Below are positions 36,496 to 49,300 of a stretch of DNA of 64,000 nucleotides, one piece after another. The DNA is taken from IMG/VR virus record IMGVR_UViG_3300007513_000007, positions 116,577 through 180,576 of that record, one strand, 5' to 3'. Each line of letters starts with the position of its first letter. The first letter of the stretch is position 1. The stretch comes from a virus. The position numbers and the translations under genes were made by a program. The notes under the pieces were generated by a model that made no database searches, was not told the origin of the DNA, and was given only the letters and a program-made list of their open reading frames with translations.

Positions 36496-37347
36496 CTACA
36501 AGCTGTTATCCCCTTCCCCATCGGCGTCGTCCAAAAGCGTCGGGTGAAAGGCAAGACCTTCCGTATTGACGGAATCTTCGTTGGCCGTCACGATGTTTGT
36601 GGAATCATCTTCGTCCATCGTGAAGAAGATGCTATCCATACGGGCAACCAACTGCGCTGTTGTGGCGGTGGGGTCAAACAAGACCTCGGAAAAGGGTAGG
36701 TTCCCCACAGCGGTGGCTTGGCCGCCCGCCTGGGAAAGCCATTCAAGCTCCTCCTGCAACTGCTCGACCAAATCACACTGCTTGAGTATCCGTCGCTCAA
36801 GGTCCGTGAACCGATAGGCAAGCTCCTGTTTGTAAGGCGCACGCAACCTGTGCATGGTGGTGACGTCACCGGGATCTTCGGGAGCAGAAGGACCACCCTT
36901 CCGACCCCACTTGTAAAGATCAACAGTCGAATCACCTTGCTGGGGTTTGGATGCGTCAAAGGGACCCCACGCAAAAGTGCCGGTTTCCAGGCTCACCAGA
37001 CCACCACCCGGCTGATTCCTGACGATCAACTCATCTTTGGTCGAGAGGCCCGTCCGGGGGTTGAGGAACATGGAGATGTCAAACGGGTTGCCCCCCAAGG
37101 AAACGTAAGCCAGCATCAGCTTACCTATTGCCGACTGGTTGGAACTCACGGATAGAAGGCGGCGTTGGTTAGTGGCGTGGCCTGCCTCATCCTTGTTCCA
37201 GAACAAGTTCACTTCTCCGATCCGCTCTATCTGTGAACGGATCGCCCTTTCACGGGAAGACAGTTGACGCCGACCCTCCAACGCGAAGGCACGGCACGTC
37301 ACCCACTGGGTACGCCTAAAGGATGCTCCGAAGGCCCAGAACCCCAT
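36496..37347 (-). CDS. Hypothetical protein in the baseplate operon (283 aa)
   Basis: TGATG overlap with the upstream gene; protein-like with coiled-coil segments. Confidence 0.75.
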   Translation of the reverse strand: MGFWAFGASFRRTQWVTCRAFALEGRRQLSSRERAIRSQIERIGEVNLFWNKDEAGHATNQRRLLSVSSNQSAIGKLMLAYVSLGGNPFDISMFLNPRTGLSTKDELIVRNQPGGGLVSLETGTFAWGPFDASKPQQGDSTVDLYKWGRKGGPSAPEDPGDVTTMHRLRAPYKQELAYRFTDLERRILKQCDLVEQLQEELEWLSQAGGQATAVGNLPFSEVLFDPTATTAQLVARMDSIFFTMDEDDSTNIVTANEDSVNTEGLAFHPTLLDDADGEGDNSL

Positions 37348-40088
37348 CAGTCATCTCCCCCGCCACCCATGATGGCAGCGAGAAGCTCCAGGAGGATCAA
37401 CGGAAGGCCACCAGCCGCAATAACCATCCCTCCCCCGTAAGCACTTCTGTCGTCCTCTGGCTTATCCGTAGCCATCACAAGGCCCTGAAGCAGCCCGTCA
37501 GTCCCGTTCTCTACCAGGATCAGCCCCGAGCAGGAGGGGAGGGCGAACATATCGATCATCCTCAAGAGGGACCGGATGTACTGGATGAGCATTTGAAGCT
37601 GGTAGATGCGCTTCTGGATGCCTTCGATATACCGGATGATTTCATCAACCAGTCCCTGGAGGCCATCCAGGATAGCCATGAGGAACCTTTCAATCTTGTC
37701 CAGAATCTCGTTCACAGGCGCGAGAGCTTTGTCGAAGGGGCGTACCGCAATCCAGCCTCCTGCGCTGCTGGGCATCATCCGGCCTTGCATGAACAAGATA
37801 GTCTCTGCGCTGTACATGACCTCATCTGGGAGCACGTTACAGATGTAGTCAGCCTTGACGCCGCTGGGAGTGCCTCCGTAAACCACGGGGATGGTTGAAG
37901 GCGCACTGGACGCCATAGCGTTGAGTGTTTGGTTGGGGTCTGGAATAAAGAGAGGACCCGGATCAAACTCCAACTCAGTGCCGTCAGCAACTCCCGGCGA
38001 AGATGTAAGCGTTCTGGGACGGTCAGTAGAGGACCATGCTTCCATCCGGTTCGGGTTGTCTGGACCCCAAGGAATCGCCGCCAGATTCCCGGCAACGCCT
38101 TTGGCGGCCTCTGTGAACGCCTCCTTTGCCACGTCGTTGGTTTTCCTCTGATACCCCACGCTCTCCAAGATGGTGTTGGAGGGGTATTTGGAGTCAATAT
38201 CTGACCACTTGAACTCAAGCAGGTCCTTGGCCAAGTCCTCAACCACGCTGATAAAGTTTTCAGAGGGGTTGATCCTACGGTAAGCCGCACCTGCCCACGC
38301 AATAGCGTTGCGAAGCACTTGTGCGCGGAAGCCTTTAGGATTCTTTCCCCTGTACAGAGGCATCAGGTAGTTCTTATTTTCTGTGAGCTTCGGCCCAAAC
38401 CCGCACTTTTGCTGCACCTGCATGGCAGCATTGCCCAGGGGGTTGATGGCTGCGTATCTGCTTGCGTCATTGAAAGCGTAGGCCGAGTCCGCAGTGAACT
38501 CACCCTTCTCCATGCCAGGGAAGTTGCTTACCAACTGGGCCGTCACGAAAGCGGCGGTGAGGGCTTCGATGTAGGCCATCGAACTGTCGGTTGGAAAGGT
38601 AAGCTCTACGGGGGCCGATACGGGGCCGATGTCCAGAGAAGATGCCCCATCTGGGTTAGGTTCTGGGGCCGATCCTTGGTCTCCTGGGTCCGAGGGAGGT
38701 GCCCACCTACCGGGGCCATACGGGGCAAAGGAGGTAGGCGTATCTGCCCTTGCAAGAGCGTCCTGTGAAAAGTTCCACAACCGATAGTCCTGCTCACCCA
38801 TCTTCGTGGGGGCGACCATAGGCGACGAAGGACTACCCAAATCCTGGTAAACGGACTTGCCCAAAGCACGCACACGAACGTAGTAGGTCGGGTTCTCTGC
38901 ATCTACCAACTTCACCGTCCCGTCGGAGTTGGTCTCTACGGTTGCGTGAACGGGCATCTCGGATTTCTTCAACATGATGGTGAAGGTGCCGCCGCCAAGG
39001 ATTTTACTGATAGCTGTGTTGCTGACGAGCCAAGCCTTCCCGAAATAAGTCTTCTCCCCGTCCTTCATCACGCAAGGGGGGATCCACGGATCGTTCGGAC
39101 TCATCGTAAAAAACATGCAGGTCGGGGAACCCCCCATCCACGGGGACCCGTCCGGGTCTACGAAGGTGCCGTAAGTGGAGGTGGTATCCGTGCCCTGGTA
39201 CTCGGTATAGCCGCCCGCCTGAACGAGATCCCCAAACCCAACAGTGTCCATCGGGCTGTAGCAACGGAGAAGCCCTCCAGAAGCCGGGTCAAGAGAGTTT
39301 GCGAACCACCAACCATCCCCTGTTGCCTTGGGGTAGCAGCCCAAGGCGGTGAACCCGTCCCGGAAAGTGCTCACTTCGACAAGGAAGGCGCGTGGGGCAG
39401 CGTAGCTTGTGCCCGGTAGGCCGCCCGTAGGGGTAGGCAACGACCAAGATATAACAGCCTCTTCAGGAACCGACCCGCTTCCCGCCAGTGCGTCACCGAG
39501 CGCCTTGAAAGCGGCCATTCCAGCCCCCTCCGTACCATAAGACACTGTGGGGGTGGAGCATCTGGGCAAAGGGTTAGTCTTCGTGGCGGGCATCCCTTTG
39601 AAGAAGTTGATGATCTTCATGATGAGCCGGATCAGGTCATCAATGTCCTGTCCAGAAATGTAGAAGAAGGCAGCCACCGCCGCCGAAGACGAGGACCAGT
39701 CGGGACGGTCAGGGTCTGACCGGTCCACCAGTCGGCTAATCATCCTGGTCTGGTATGCCGTGAAACCGCCCCTCAAGTCCTTGAAGCGGTTGCTGAACTT
39801 GAACAGGTGATGGTCTCCGTGGATATACAAGCCCAGTTGTCGAAGATCATTGATGATGTTCCTGATCTCTTCGATGATGGCTTCGATGATGGCGCGGATG
39901 GGGTCCAGCAAGCCAATCAAGAACGCCTTGATGATGTTCAGGATGAACTGGACAATGTTCAGGATGAGCAGCAGGGCTTCGAGAACCGAATCAATGGCCT
40001 CGATGATGGGCCGGATGGGTTCCAGTAGCTTGCTCAAATCAGGCTGTACTGTAAGCCACCCCGCCTCTCCGCTGCCGCCTTCAGACAT
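37347..40088 (-). CDS. Virion protein (913 aa) with long amphipathic helical N- and C-termini
   Basis: LSKLLEPIRPIIEAIDSVLEALLLILNIVQFILNIIKAFL... and VNEILDKIERFLMAILDGLQGLVDEIIRYIEGIQKRI... flank a globular core. Confidence 0.8.
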   Translation of the reverse strand: MSEGGSGEAGWLTVQPDLSKLLEPIRPIIEAIDSVLEALLLILNIVQFILNIIKAFLIGLLDPIRAIIEAIIEEIRNIINDLRQLGLYIHGDHHLFKFSNRFKDLRGGFTAYQTRMISRLVDRSDPDRPDWSSSSAAVAAFFYISGQDIDDLIRLIMKIINFFKGMPATKTNPLPRCSTPTVSYGTEGAGMAAFKALGDALAGSGSVPEEAVISWSLPTPTGGLPGTSYAAPRAFLVEVSTFRDGFTALGCYPKATGDGWWFANSLDPASGGLLRCYSPMDTVGFGDLVQAGGYTEYQGTDTTSTYGTFVDPDGSPWMGGSPTCMFFTMSPNDPWIPPCVMKDGEKTYFGKAWLVSNTAISKILGGGTFTIMLKKSEMPVHATVETNSDGTVKLVDAENPTYYVRVRALGKSVYQDLGSPSSPMVAPTKMGEQDYRLWNFSQDALARADTPTSFAPYGPGRWAPPSDPGDQGSAPEPNPDGASSLDIGPVSAPVELTFPTDSSMAYIEALTAAFVTAQLVSNFPGMEKGEFTADSAYAFNDASRYAAINPLGNAAMQVQQKCGFGPKLTENKNYLMPLYRGKNPKGFRAQVLRNAIAWAGAAYRRINPSENFISVVEDLAKDLLEFKWSDIDSKYPSNTILESVGYQRKTNDVAKEAFTEAAKGVAGNLAAIPWGPDNPNRMEAWSSTDRPRTLTSSPGVADGTELEFDPGPLFIPDPNQTLNAMASSAPSTIPVVYGGTPSGVKADYICNVLPDEVMYSAETILFMQGRMMPSSAGGWIAVRPFDKALAPVNEILDKIERFLMAILDGLQGLVDEIIRYIEGIQKRIYQLQMLIQYIRSLLRMIDMFALPSCSGLILVENGTDGLLQGLVMATDKPEDDRSAYGGGMVIAAGGLPLILLELLAAIMGGGGDD

Positions 40089-40091
40089 AAC

Positions 40092-40328
40092 TCACGCCCC
40101 GCCGCCGTTCTTCAGCCTTTGGAGAGCGATATGTAGCTGGGCCATCTCGGCATGGTCTCGCTCGACCTGCTGCTCAAGAAGCACAGCGACCTTTCCGAGA
40201 GCTTCTTTCTGCCTCTCCAGAATAGGGCTTTTGACTTCTTTTTCCTCAACATCAGTCCAACCCCCGACGTTGATGCCTTTCGAGCGCAGTTGCTCTCGCA
40301 TCCTTTTGATGTCGTCTTCTACTGACAT
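40092..40328 (-). CDS. Small coiled-coil protein (78 aa)
   Basis: SD AGGAG; heptad-like ILERQKEALGKVAVLLEQQVERDHAEMAQLHIALQRL. Confidence 0.7.
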   Translation of the reverse strand: MSVEDDIKRMREQLRSKGINVGGWTDVEEKEVKSPILERQKEALGKVAVLLEQQVERDHAEMAQLHIALQRLKNGGGA

Positions 40329-40369
40329 TGGCGTCTCCTACCCGAAAGGCCCTACATACACTTTACCGG

Positions 40370-43300
40370 TCACTTGTTCTTGAGGGCTTTCTTCTGCTTC
40401 ACAAGGATCTTCTCTTTCACCAACTTCCGGCCAAGCCGCCTTTCAGCCCTGTCTGCGATTTGAATAGACCCATCCCCCCAATCAGCCCGGAACTGAATCC
40501 AGGAGTACCGGATTCCCCGAAAGTCATCATCATTGGAGAGGACGTCGTCCAAGAGGTCCGGGAGGACCGGGCGGCCTTCCCCGGTAGAGAAGCTGGCATA
40601 GAAATCAGGGCCACCGGTCGGCTCTGAATCAAGTCGCATATCCATGATCCAGAACCTACGGTCCAGCAACGAAAGGCAATCTTGGTTGCTGGCAAAGGGC
40701 TGGTACTCGGTCAGCCCTGTCAGGCTCTTGTACAAAGCGTTGTAGATAAGACCCACTCCGTCAGAGGTGTCTCCCGGAGTTCCCAAATCATCAATGTGTT
40801 CGTCCCGCTGGAAAACGTAGTAGGAGCCGCCTCGGTAGTTGTCCCACCACTCGTGGATTTCTTCGATCCACGACAGCATACGTTCCCGCATGAACAAAAC
40901 GAGTTCGGCAGCCTCATCCGAAAATACGGGGGAGGGCCGGATGATCTTGTATCCAAAGGGGGCGATGCTGTTGTAACGATTGTAGACCCCTCCAGGGAAA
41001 TCGTAAGGGCGCTTGGCAAAGGAGGGGTCAGCCGGGTCCTCGACGTAGGAGGTGTGCCGCAACATTTGCTGCCCCTCTTCTCCTGGAACGGGTCCGGGTT
41101 CGCCTATCGACCCTTTGACTTGGGGGAGGACAACGTATCCGTTTGCAGGCGGGTCAGACCCAAAGATCACGTCGCTTGACGAGTCATCGCCACCACCTGC
41201 AAACCGGCAAGTACCGTCCACCTGCAAACGGCCTGTAGTAGAGTCCTCGTCCCCCAATACCCGGTAGAATCCCCGGTTATCATCAAGGATGGCAGGTCCC
41301 CCCTGCATCCAAGAGCCATCCAGCCGCTCCTCAATACTCGTATCCCCCATCGGGCGCTTTGCATACTCGGCGGGGTCGTACAAGCTGGTACGCCTCAAAG
41401 GATCTTGCCCTGCGGGGTCGATGATAAGGTAGTCACCCTTTTGGACTCCCAGCGCCTCCCATGCGCCAGCCCCTGAAACATCAGAGTCTCGGAGGGTGTT
41501 TTCCCTATCCACGAAGCCACCCGTAGTGTTTACATCGGCGGGGTTGTAAACCACCTCCCTTTCGTAAACCACCTCATCAGTCAGGTACTCCAGAAGTTGC
41601 TCGTTAGACTGTTCATGAGGAACCGGAGCTTGTTGGAGGTAGACCTCAAAGTACGATCCGATGTCCGGGGCTGCGTCACCCCCGGACATGCCGGGATACT
41701 TCAGAATCAAGGAGTTGGACGTGAGGACCCTGTCGATCTCGACAGTCTCCAGCAGGCTTCCATCAGAGTCGATGACGCGAAGCATGTCTCCAGGATGGAT
41801 GTTTACGGCAGGGTCGTTGAAGTCGCCCACGTTCGTAGCTGTTCCGTCAGCCCACACACTTGTATCAGCAGTGTAGGTGCGTGTGGCAGCATCATAAGAA
41901 CTGACCGCACCCCGGCGAATCTCATACACCAACTTCAAACGGTCAATATCAGCAACAACCCTGTCTTGGATTTCATGCCACCTGCGAATACGCCGCACAA
42001 AGAACGAGGCTCTCTCCGAAGGCATAAACGCTGAAGTAAAGTCGCTGCTGTTCCGTGGGCCAATGTTCTCGTAGTCCGTGATGGTGTGGTCAGCGTCCAC
42101 AACGTGAGGGAAGGACTGAAGCAGGCTCTTGGCTGTTCTCGGGAAGGACGGCTCCAGGATAAGCCCCGCCACCCCGGAGAAGCCCTTATGGTCCTCTCCG
42201 TCATCGGCCAAGTCATCCCCTGTCCAGAAGAAAAGCCCAGGAAGCACACAGGTGAGGTTGTGGTCGTAAGTGTAGACCGCAGCAGGGTCCACCACCAAAG
42301 CACCGGTCAAATCAAACTGAATCTCGTTCCATTGAGGATCTACCGCATTGTTCTGGATATGGCTGATGTCAATGTAGGTGGCGACCCCTTCAATCTCATT
42401 GTCGGCTGCCTCATTGCGCCACAAAACCGGGGCCTTCAGGTCGGCCTGGAATGTCGCCGGATCAACAGGAACAGGAACCCGGACACCCAACACGGTGTCA
42501 ACGATGGCCCCCGTGTGGACAATCTCACTCAAGTCAGAGTCCCACAGCACCACCCGGCCCGTGTTCTCGGGGGAGACATTGGCGGGATCGGGAAGGTTGT
42601 TGGTGTTCCGCATGGAAATCCACCGGAATCCCGCACAAACATTCGCACCGTGCTTGTCGGCAGGGGCACCTTGGAAGTTGTTATCTGGCAGCGACCTGAC
42701 AACCCCGTGGGAGTCTGTGTAAGTACCGAAGGAGCCGATGGGAAGGTACTGCATCCCCGAGAGCTTCTGGCCCACTGCAAGCACGTCCTCAAACATGTCC
42801 CAGCTATTGGTAGGGGAGAGAGGGTCAAGCATGTCCCCCTGCGCGTTTTCGGGGGGATTCAAGACGCCGTACTGGAGGTGGAACTCGGAGTTACCGTCGG
42901 CATCCGTGAAGACCCCTGTGTACTGGACCTTGTACACGCAATCCTTGTCGATCTCATAGCCTGCCGGGAGCAGGACAGAATAAGCCGACTTGAGGACCAG
43001 ATAAAGCTGCCCCGACGCCGGGAACGCATGGCCTGTTGGGGAGTAGTACACCGATGGGAGGGCACCCTTCACAGTGATGGTGAAGGTGCTCCCTGCTGAA
43101 TCGTGGTCCCACTTGAGGACCGTAGGGAAGGGAAGCTCCAACCAGCCTTCCTGACCGGCATAGACCCCCTTTGACAGACCTCGGAGGCTGGGAGTTCCTG
43201 CGGCATTGTCTGGCTCGAAGGCGTAGCGAACGACGTAGGTGCCGCTCCTGGTACAACCAAAAAGACGGTTAGTGCCCGAGTCCCAAACGCCAGGGACTAC

Positions 43301-46300
43301 AACAATATCCCCTGATTGAACCTCTCCCACAGACCCAGCCAAAATACTCGCGCCTGTGTTTAGGATGTAAGACCTTGCCCCTTGGTAAGCCGCGTCTGTG
43401 AAGTCGTGCTCATAGTCGTAGAACGAACCCTCGCCCAGACAAATCTGGTAGTTCCCTGCACCTGTGGGGTCGTCAGTGGACAGGTCGGAGGACGGGGCAG
43501 CCGACAAGAGGATGTTCTCGATTCGAGCGGTGGCGGGCACGACTTGATCGACAATGGACTGGTTGCCCCACTCAAAGGGCATCACCCGCACACGCCCGAC
43601 CCCAACGCCTGCCCCTACGAAGGTTCCTACATAGGTTGTTCCCGCAGAAACGATGTTGTTGGGGTCTGGGCCGACTCGGCTACGGAACTTGAACCGAACA
43701 TTGTCGTTGGTCTCCTGGACCTCGTTGACGGAACTGGCGAACTGGGAACCCGGCTTCCCCATCTGGGTCTCGATGACGTTTAGGTTCAACCCCATGTCTA
43801 CGGTGGGGTTGTTGTTCGCAGGGCGGGAATCAACAGGAAGGGCCGTGGCAAAGGAGAGGCTCTCCTGAAAAGTTAGGCGATCCCCTCGGATATAAGCGTC
43901 CCTCGAACCGTAGTTGGACCCCGGAGCAGCGGGAGGGTTGAAGTAGTTCGAGGTCTGCGTGGTCATGTAGGTGTCCACGCTGATGTTGAAGTCGTAGTAG
44001 TTGTTATTGACCAGAGGACCGGCTGGCGACCCCAAGGTGGCCCCAAGCAAGGAGGCGTTCGACTCGAACATGATCTTGAACGACCCGTCCAGGTTCCAGC
44101 CGATGCCTGCCATGATCAAGTTGAGAGCACCTGCGCCCGGAATCCAAACACCATAAGCGGCAAAGGCCGACGGGTTGCGGAAAGCGAGCTTGCAGATCGT
44201 CGGGTCACCCGCAAAGTTGGGGTCCGGGTTGTAGAAGGTAACTACACAGGTGTTGAGGCCCGCCCAAGTAGCCCACGAATCTACAATCAGCTTCTGAAGG
44301 CCGCCCGTAGTGGCCGGGTAGGGGGTATCGGAGCCGTCATCCAAGACATACCTGTTGGCGGGGTTCCCCAGCCATGCTGAAGACACGTCAAACGTGATGA
44401 GGTACACCCCTGCGCTGAAAACCTCGGTGACCTGACACCCAGAGGTAGCGGCACCCGCGCCCACGTCCCAGGCCGTGTTGAAGCCGAAAACATTCTCGGC
44501 CATGTACCTGTGAGGCACTGCGAGAGGTGCGGTGAGGGCTGGGCGGCTTGCCGTCACAAAACGGGGCGGCTCGAAGTACGGGTTCGACCCTACAAGGTTA
44601 GCGGCTCCTCGAACAGCACCCACAGTGATGATGCCCTGGCCGCCTGCGGGAAGGCCGGAACTCTCCTGTGGGTCGCCAGCACCTCCGTCATCCGGGCACT
44701 CCACAAAGACAAGATCATACGGACGCAGGGAGCCAGTCAAAGTGCCTTGGACATAGGGCGTCGTGCCAGTCCAGGGCATCCAGTCTGTGTCCGAGTAAAG
44801 GGAACCTGCATAGTTAGGAGGCCCAAGAGCACCGTCGCTCCACTCTCCGATAGAGCCGTCGCTGATGAGGAACTCATCCGGGTAGACGGCCCCCCAATAC
44901 TGGTTCGGCACCTGCCCCATCCAGGTAGCTGCCGGGATGGGGTAGGTTCCAGGAGGGGCTTCTGCTTCAGCGAAGAACTCGATGCTTTGCCACACCTCGT
45001 AGAGAGCCGAAAGCTCCGTCACCGTTGTTGAGAGATAGGGGATTTGCACATCCCCTGAATCATCACGGGCCTCGCCCTTGAGGCACGGAAGCTCCAGAGG
45101 AGTTTCAGAGGTGTTGATGAACGACACCTCTGATTCAAGACAAGAAAGAGGTTTGGGAGGCTGCTGCCCCATCATCTCCTTCAAGGGGAATCCGAAGATG
45201 TCTTCAGAAGACGGGAAGCTCAAATCACGGTACTGGCTCTTCAGCCGTGCAACGGACAGATCAAACCCCATCCGGTAAGCAGACATAGCTTTTGACGAGA
45301 GGGCCATGTCCTCGATGCCAGGAGGGTCGCTCGCTGCGCTGGCCTCGTCCATTGGAAGGGCAGACCCTACAAAAGCCGTGTCGCCATACTTGGCCTCGAA
45401 GTCGCCCTCATCACTCTTCTGGATGGAGGTTCCAGCGATTGCGGTTCCATCCTGCTTGCCCAAAATAAGGATAGCGCCCCCAATCACCTCGGCCACAAAA
45501 ACAGGCGCTTTGATAGGGCTGGGCGGCGTCAGGCCAAAGAGGCTCGGGTAAGTGACAGACGTATCAAAGAGGTCGAATACCTCACCTGTCGGGATTCCGA
45601 AGCGGAGGCGCTGTCCTGCTTCAAAACCAGGAGTGGAGAGTTCAAGGCTTCCCGTTGAGAGGTCGCTCAAGCCCCCCTCAAGCTGCGTTGCAAGCTGGGC
45701 AAAGTCGGGAAAGCCCGTATTCGAGTCGATGGGGAAATCCACGAAGTCAAGAGGCGTGCAAACAAGTGTTGCAGAGCCAACTGTGGTCCCTGTCAGACCC
45801 GCAGCCGAGATGGCGTCATCGAGGTCAGGGTCGCCTTCTGGGTAGTAGGCCCAGATCCGGGCGCGAGGGTAACGGTCATTAGGAACGACCGAGACAATCC
45901 CCTCTATTGTCCCGATAGCAGGGTTTGCTATCGGCCCGATAGAACGGCCAAAGGTGCTGGCGACCTGTGCTGTAACCTCACCCGGATTGGGGCCGGGAAC
46001 ATCCTCCATGCGGGCGAAGCCGTACACTCCTGGCTCATTCGCTTCGGAGTTGGCCCCGATCCCTGGGAGCAACCGAGTGAACGCCTTGGTGCGTTGCGGG
46101 TACAGGCGAGAAAAGCGGTTCTTCTCCCACATTTTCTCGAACTTTGCGATCAACTCAATCTTCGGGAAGGGCGGGAACAGCGAGAACGAGATGGCCGTCT
46201 TCATCCTGATCATCAGGATGTCGTCCATGTCATTCTTCACCCGGCTCCGCTGAAGCTCCATGAACAACATGAGTCCAAAGGGATCAGGAGGGATGCCGCC

Positions 46301-49300
46301 CGTCTTTCCGGGATACACCAAAGAGGTGGGGTCAAGCGGGAAGGCCGTGGGAGGCAAGTAGAGGGCGTCCTCTTCCGTGTAGTAGGCCCCACCCAAGCCT
46401 GAAGCCCAGGATTCAATAAGGTCCCGCCAAATCAGCCGTGGGTTGAGGAACCCTGTGATTTCGTCTTCGTAGCCTGGGAGAGCGTAGCGGACTCCCCGGC
46501 CAACGAAGAACCGGAACTTCCCATCCCGATCCCCGATGATCCTGCCGTCAATGTTCTCGTGAATCTGCTCCAAGGCAACAACAATGTTGTTGTAGAAGGA
46601 GAGATAGACTCGCGCACCCCGATCCTGGTCGAAAAGGTCTTGGACCTCGCTCCGAAGCCCCAAGATGCCTTGCTTCTCGATGTCGGCTGATCCAGGAAAA
46701 GCCTCCGGGGGGCCTCCAGTCTGAGGTCCTGACTCAACTACCTTTTTGACAGCAATCCCCTGGACCTCGGAAAGATACTCCTCCACCGGAAGGGTGCTTG
46801 CATAGAAAGAATCCGGGTTTCGGAAGCAATACTTGGCAAGGAAAGTTGATCCCAGGATGCCGTTTTCGCCCGAGGGGACGACCATAGAAAGGTGCTTGGA
46901 TTTATAGGAAGGGGCCAGAACGGCGTCATCTTCGATGACGGGATGCACCACCTCTTGTTTGGTGTATTGGAGAAGGAGCCGCTCACCACCCTTCAAGGCT
47001 CGTTGCTCTGGACGCATGAGGGAAACACCCCCGGTAGATGCGTCAATCATGTAGTGGATGCCCGCCACCAGTTCCTTACCCGGTAGCTCGTTACCGCTTG
47101 AATCAGTGGACCCAAGCAGAAACAGGGCAAAGCCTTCCGGGCGAATGAAAGGGGAAACCCCCTTGAACTCATACGGGTTGGGGCCGTACACCGGACGCAC
47201 CGAAATACGAACCGCATCCACCCCAAAGACCATCTTCTTGGGGAGGGGGGTGGCGAAGCTGACAAGGGTGTACCTGCCGTCTTCCGATAGCGTGGAGTTG
47301 TCGATCAGAAGCGGATAGCCTCCCAACTCCATTAGATGGCGAGTGGCCGTGTAAGTCCGAAGGTCGCCCTTGAAAATAAGCTGCGTGGCGAACTTGTCAG
47401 CGGGTGCGTACTCCGCATCCACCGACATCATAAACCCCGTGTAGCCCCCACCAGGGATGGCGGCCCCTGCGGGGTCAATGACCACTGCCACAGGGTCGGC
47501 TGTCAGGAGTGTTGGGAGGTCTTTCCCCGGTGCGTATGTACCAACCGCAGTAGAGGTGGGGGGCCAGATGCCCACTACAGTGACGTCCAGTTGAGGGTCG
47601 TAGGAAGTCCCCGTGATGTAGAAGGGGGACGGACCCAGAATCATCAACTGGCCTGTCTGAAGGGTGTCGCGCCTATCTCCTTCCAGGGTGAAGTCACTCT
47701 GATCCTTGTCGATCATGAAGGGGGGACGCCAAACCGGTCGGAGGGAGGTGTCATAGGCCATCTCCCCACCAAATGCTTCGTAGACCCCGTAGTTGATCCT
47801 CACGCTATCCGCAGCGTCCACAGGGGACTGGAAAGCAATGGTGGCCGTCGCATTGTCAATCGTGCAGGTGACCGCGCCGCCGAAGTTCTGGAGTTCAACC
47901 CCAGCCCAAACCATTGGATCAACCGTGTCCGCGATTGTACGTCCCGTCGGGTTGAACGTAAAAGTGGAGTCATCCACTCGCGTACACTCTTCCAACTGGA
48001 CGTACAGGGGGAGTTTCTCCGTTACCTCAACGTAGTTTCCGTCCTCATCTTCTTTCCGTACACCTGCCATGTCGGACTGAAAGTAGTGAGCCTCAACAAT
48101 CTGGCCCTCTCGTAGCGGGCTGTTGAAAAAGATAGACCCACCAATAGGGTTCATCCGTACATCAAGGGACCCTTCAGTGACCATCTGCTCCACGAAGTAG
48201 AGGGTGTCCCCCGACCACGCCAAGGTAGCGGCCTGGGAGAGAACCAGCGCCCCTGTGGACGGGTTGGCGAGAGCGGTGTTTGCGGGAGCGTATTCCGGGA
48301 GAGCCTGATCGTAGTAAACCACCGCAGCGGCATTATCCGCGAGGGTGTCTTCTCCAAACTGGATGTCTCCAATAACAGGGACGACGTTTACAGTGTCGCC
48401 CGCGATAGGAGTGGGGAGAGGCGCTCCAATCGTAAGAAGACCGTCGCCCGAAGCAGGGTAGTCAGTGGTGTAAGCCCGACCCTCAACTCGAATCGAGAAG
48501 TCTTCAGCCAAAAAGAACGGATCGGAAGTATCGGGGACTCGAAGTCCTGATTCAGCGATGACACCGATTTCGATGCCAGTGGTGATGTACTGAATCTGGT
48601 CTTGGGTCGAGGGGGAGAAATCCAGTCCAGCCCGAACCCATACAAGACGATTGTTCTCCCTCGCCTTGCCTACAACGGCAGTGTAGTCAGGCTCATTCGC
48701 GACCACCTCGCCAATAGCGGAGAGGACCTTGATCTCAAAAGGTTCGTTGAGCAGGTGGTTGAAGGGATCCAACACCACGTCTGCCACGACAGCAGGATCG
48801 TACACGTCACGGGTTTGCCCCTCATAGATTCGCCATTCCGCATAGCTATGGCTGGGGGTCAGGGGACCTGCGGAGGCGGGGAAGCCTGGAGTGACCACCA
48901 GGGAACCAGTAGGGGTATCCACAGCGGTTATCGTGTAGATGCCTTCTGCATCCCCCGTAAGGATATGAAGCAGAAATCCTGGCTCTGGAGGCCCTTCGGG
49001 AACCTGAACAGGGTCATGCCAGTTTGAGATGTTGTTGTCGCTGAACGCAGGGCTGGCCACCGTAAACTGGCCCGCGCCTCCTGAAGCAATCTGGACCCCG
49101 ACGACGCTTACCAGAGGGGCAAGCCCCGGACCCCCATTGCCGGGAAGAAGGAAATCCTCTTTCCACACAAGCTCCTCGAAGCCCTGGCTGGGCTGCTTCA
49201 AGTACAACCCGTACCCTGAATCAACAGGCTCCATAGCCGCCGACGAGATGGTGTCGGGGAGGGCGTACTGGGCTGCCAAGGGCAGGTTATCGGCGGGAGC

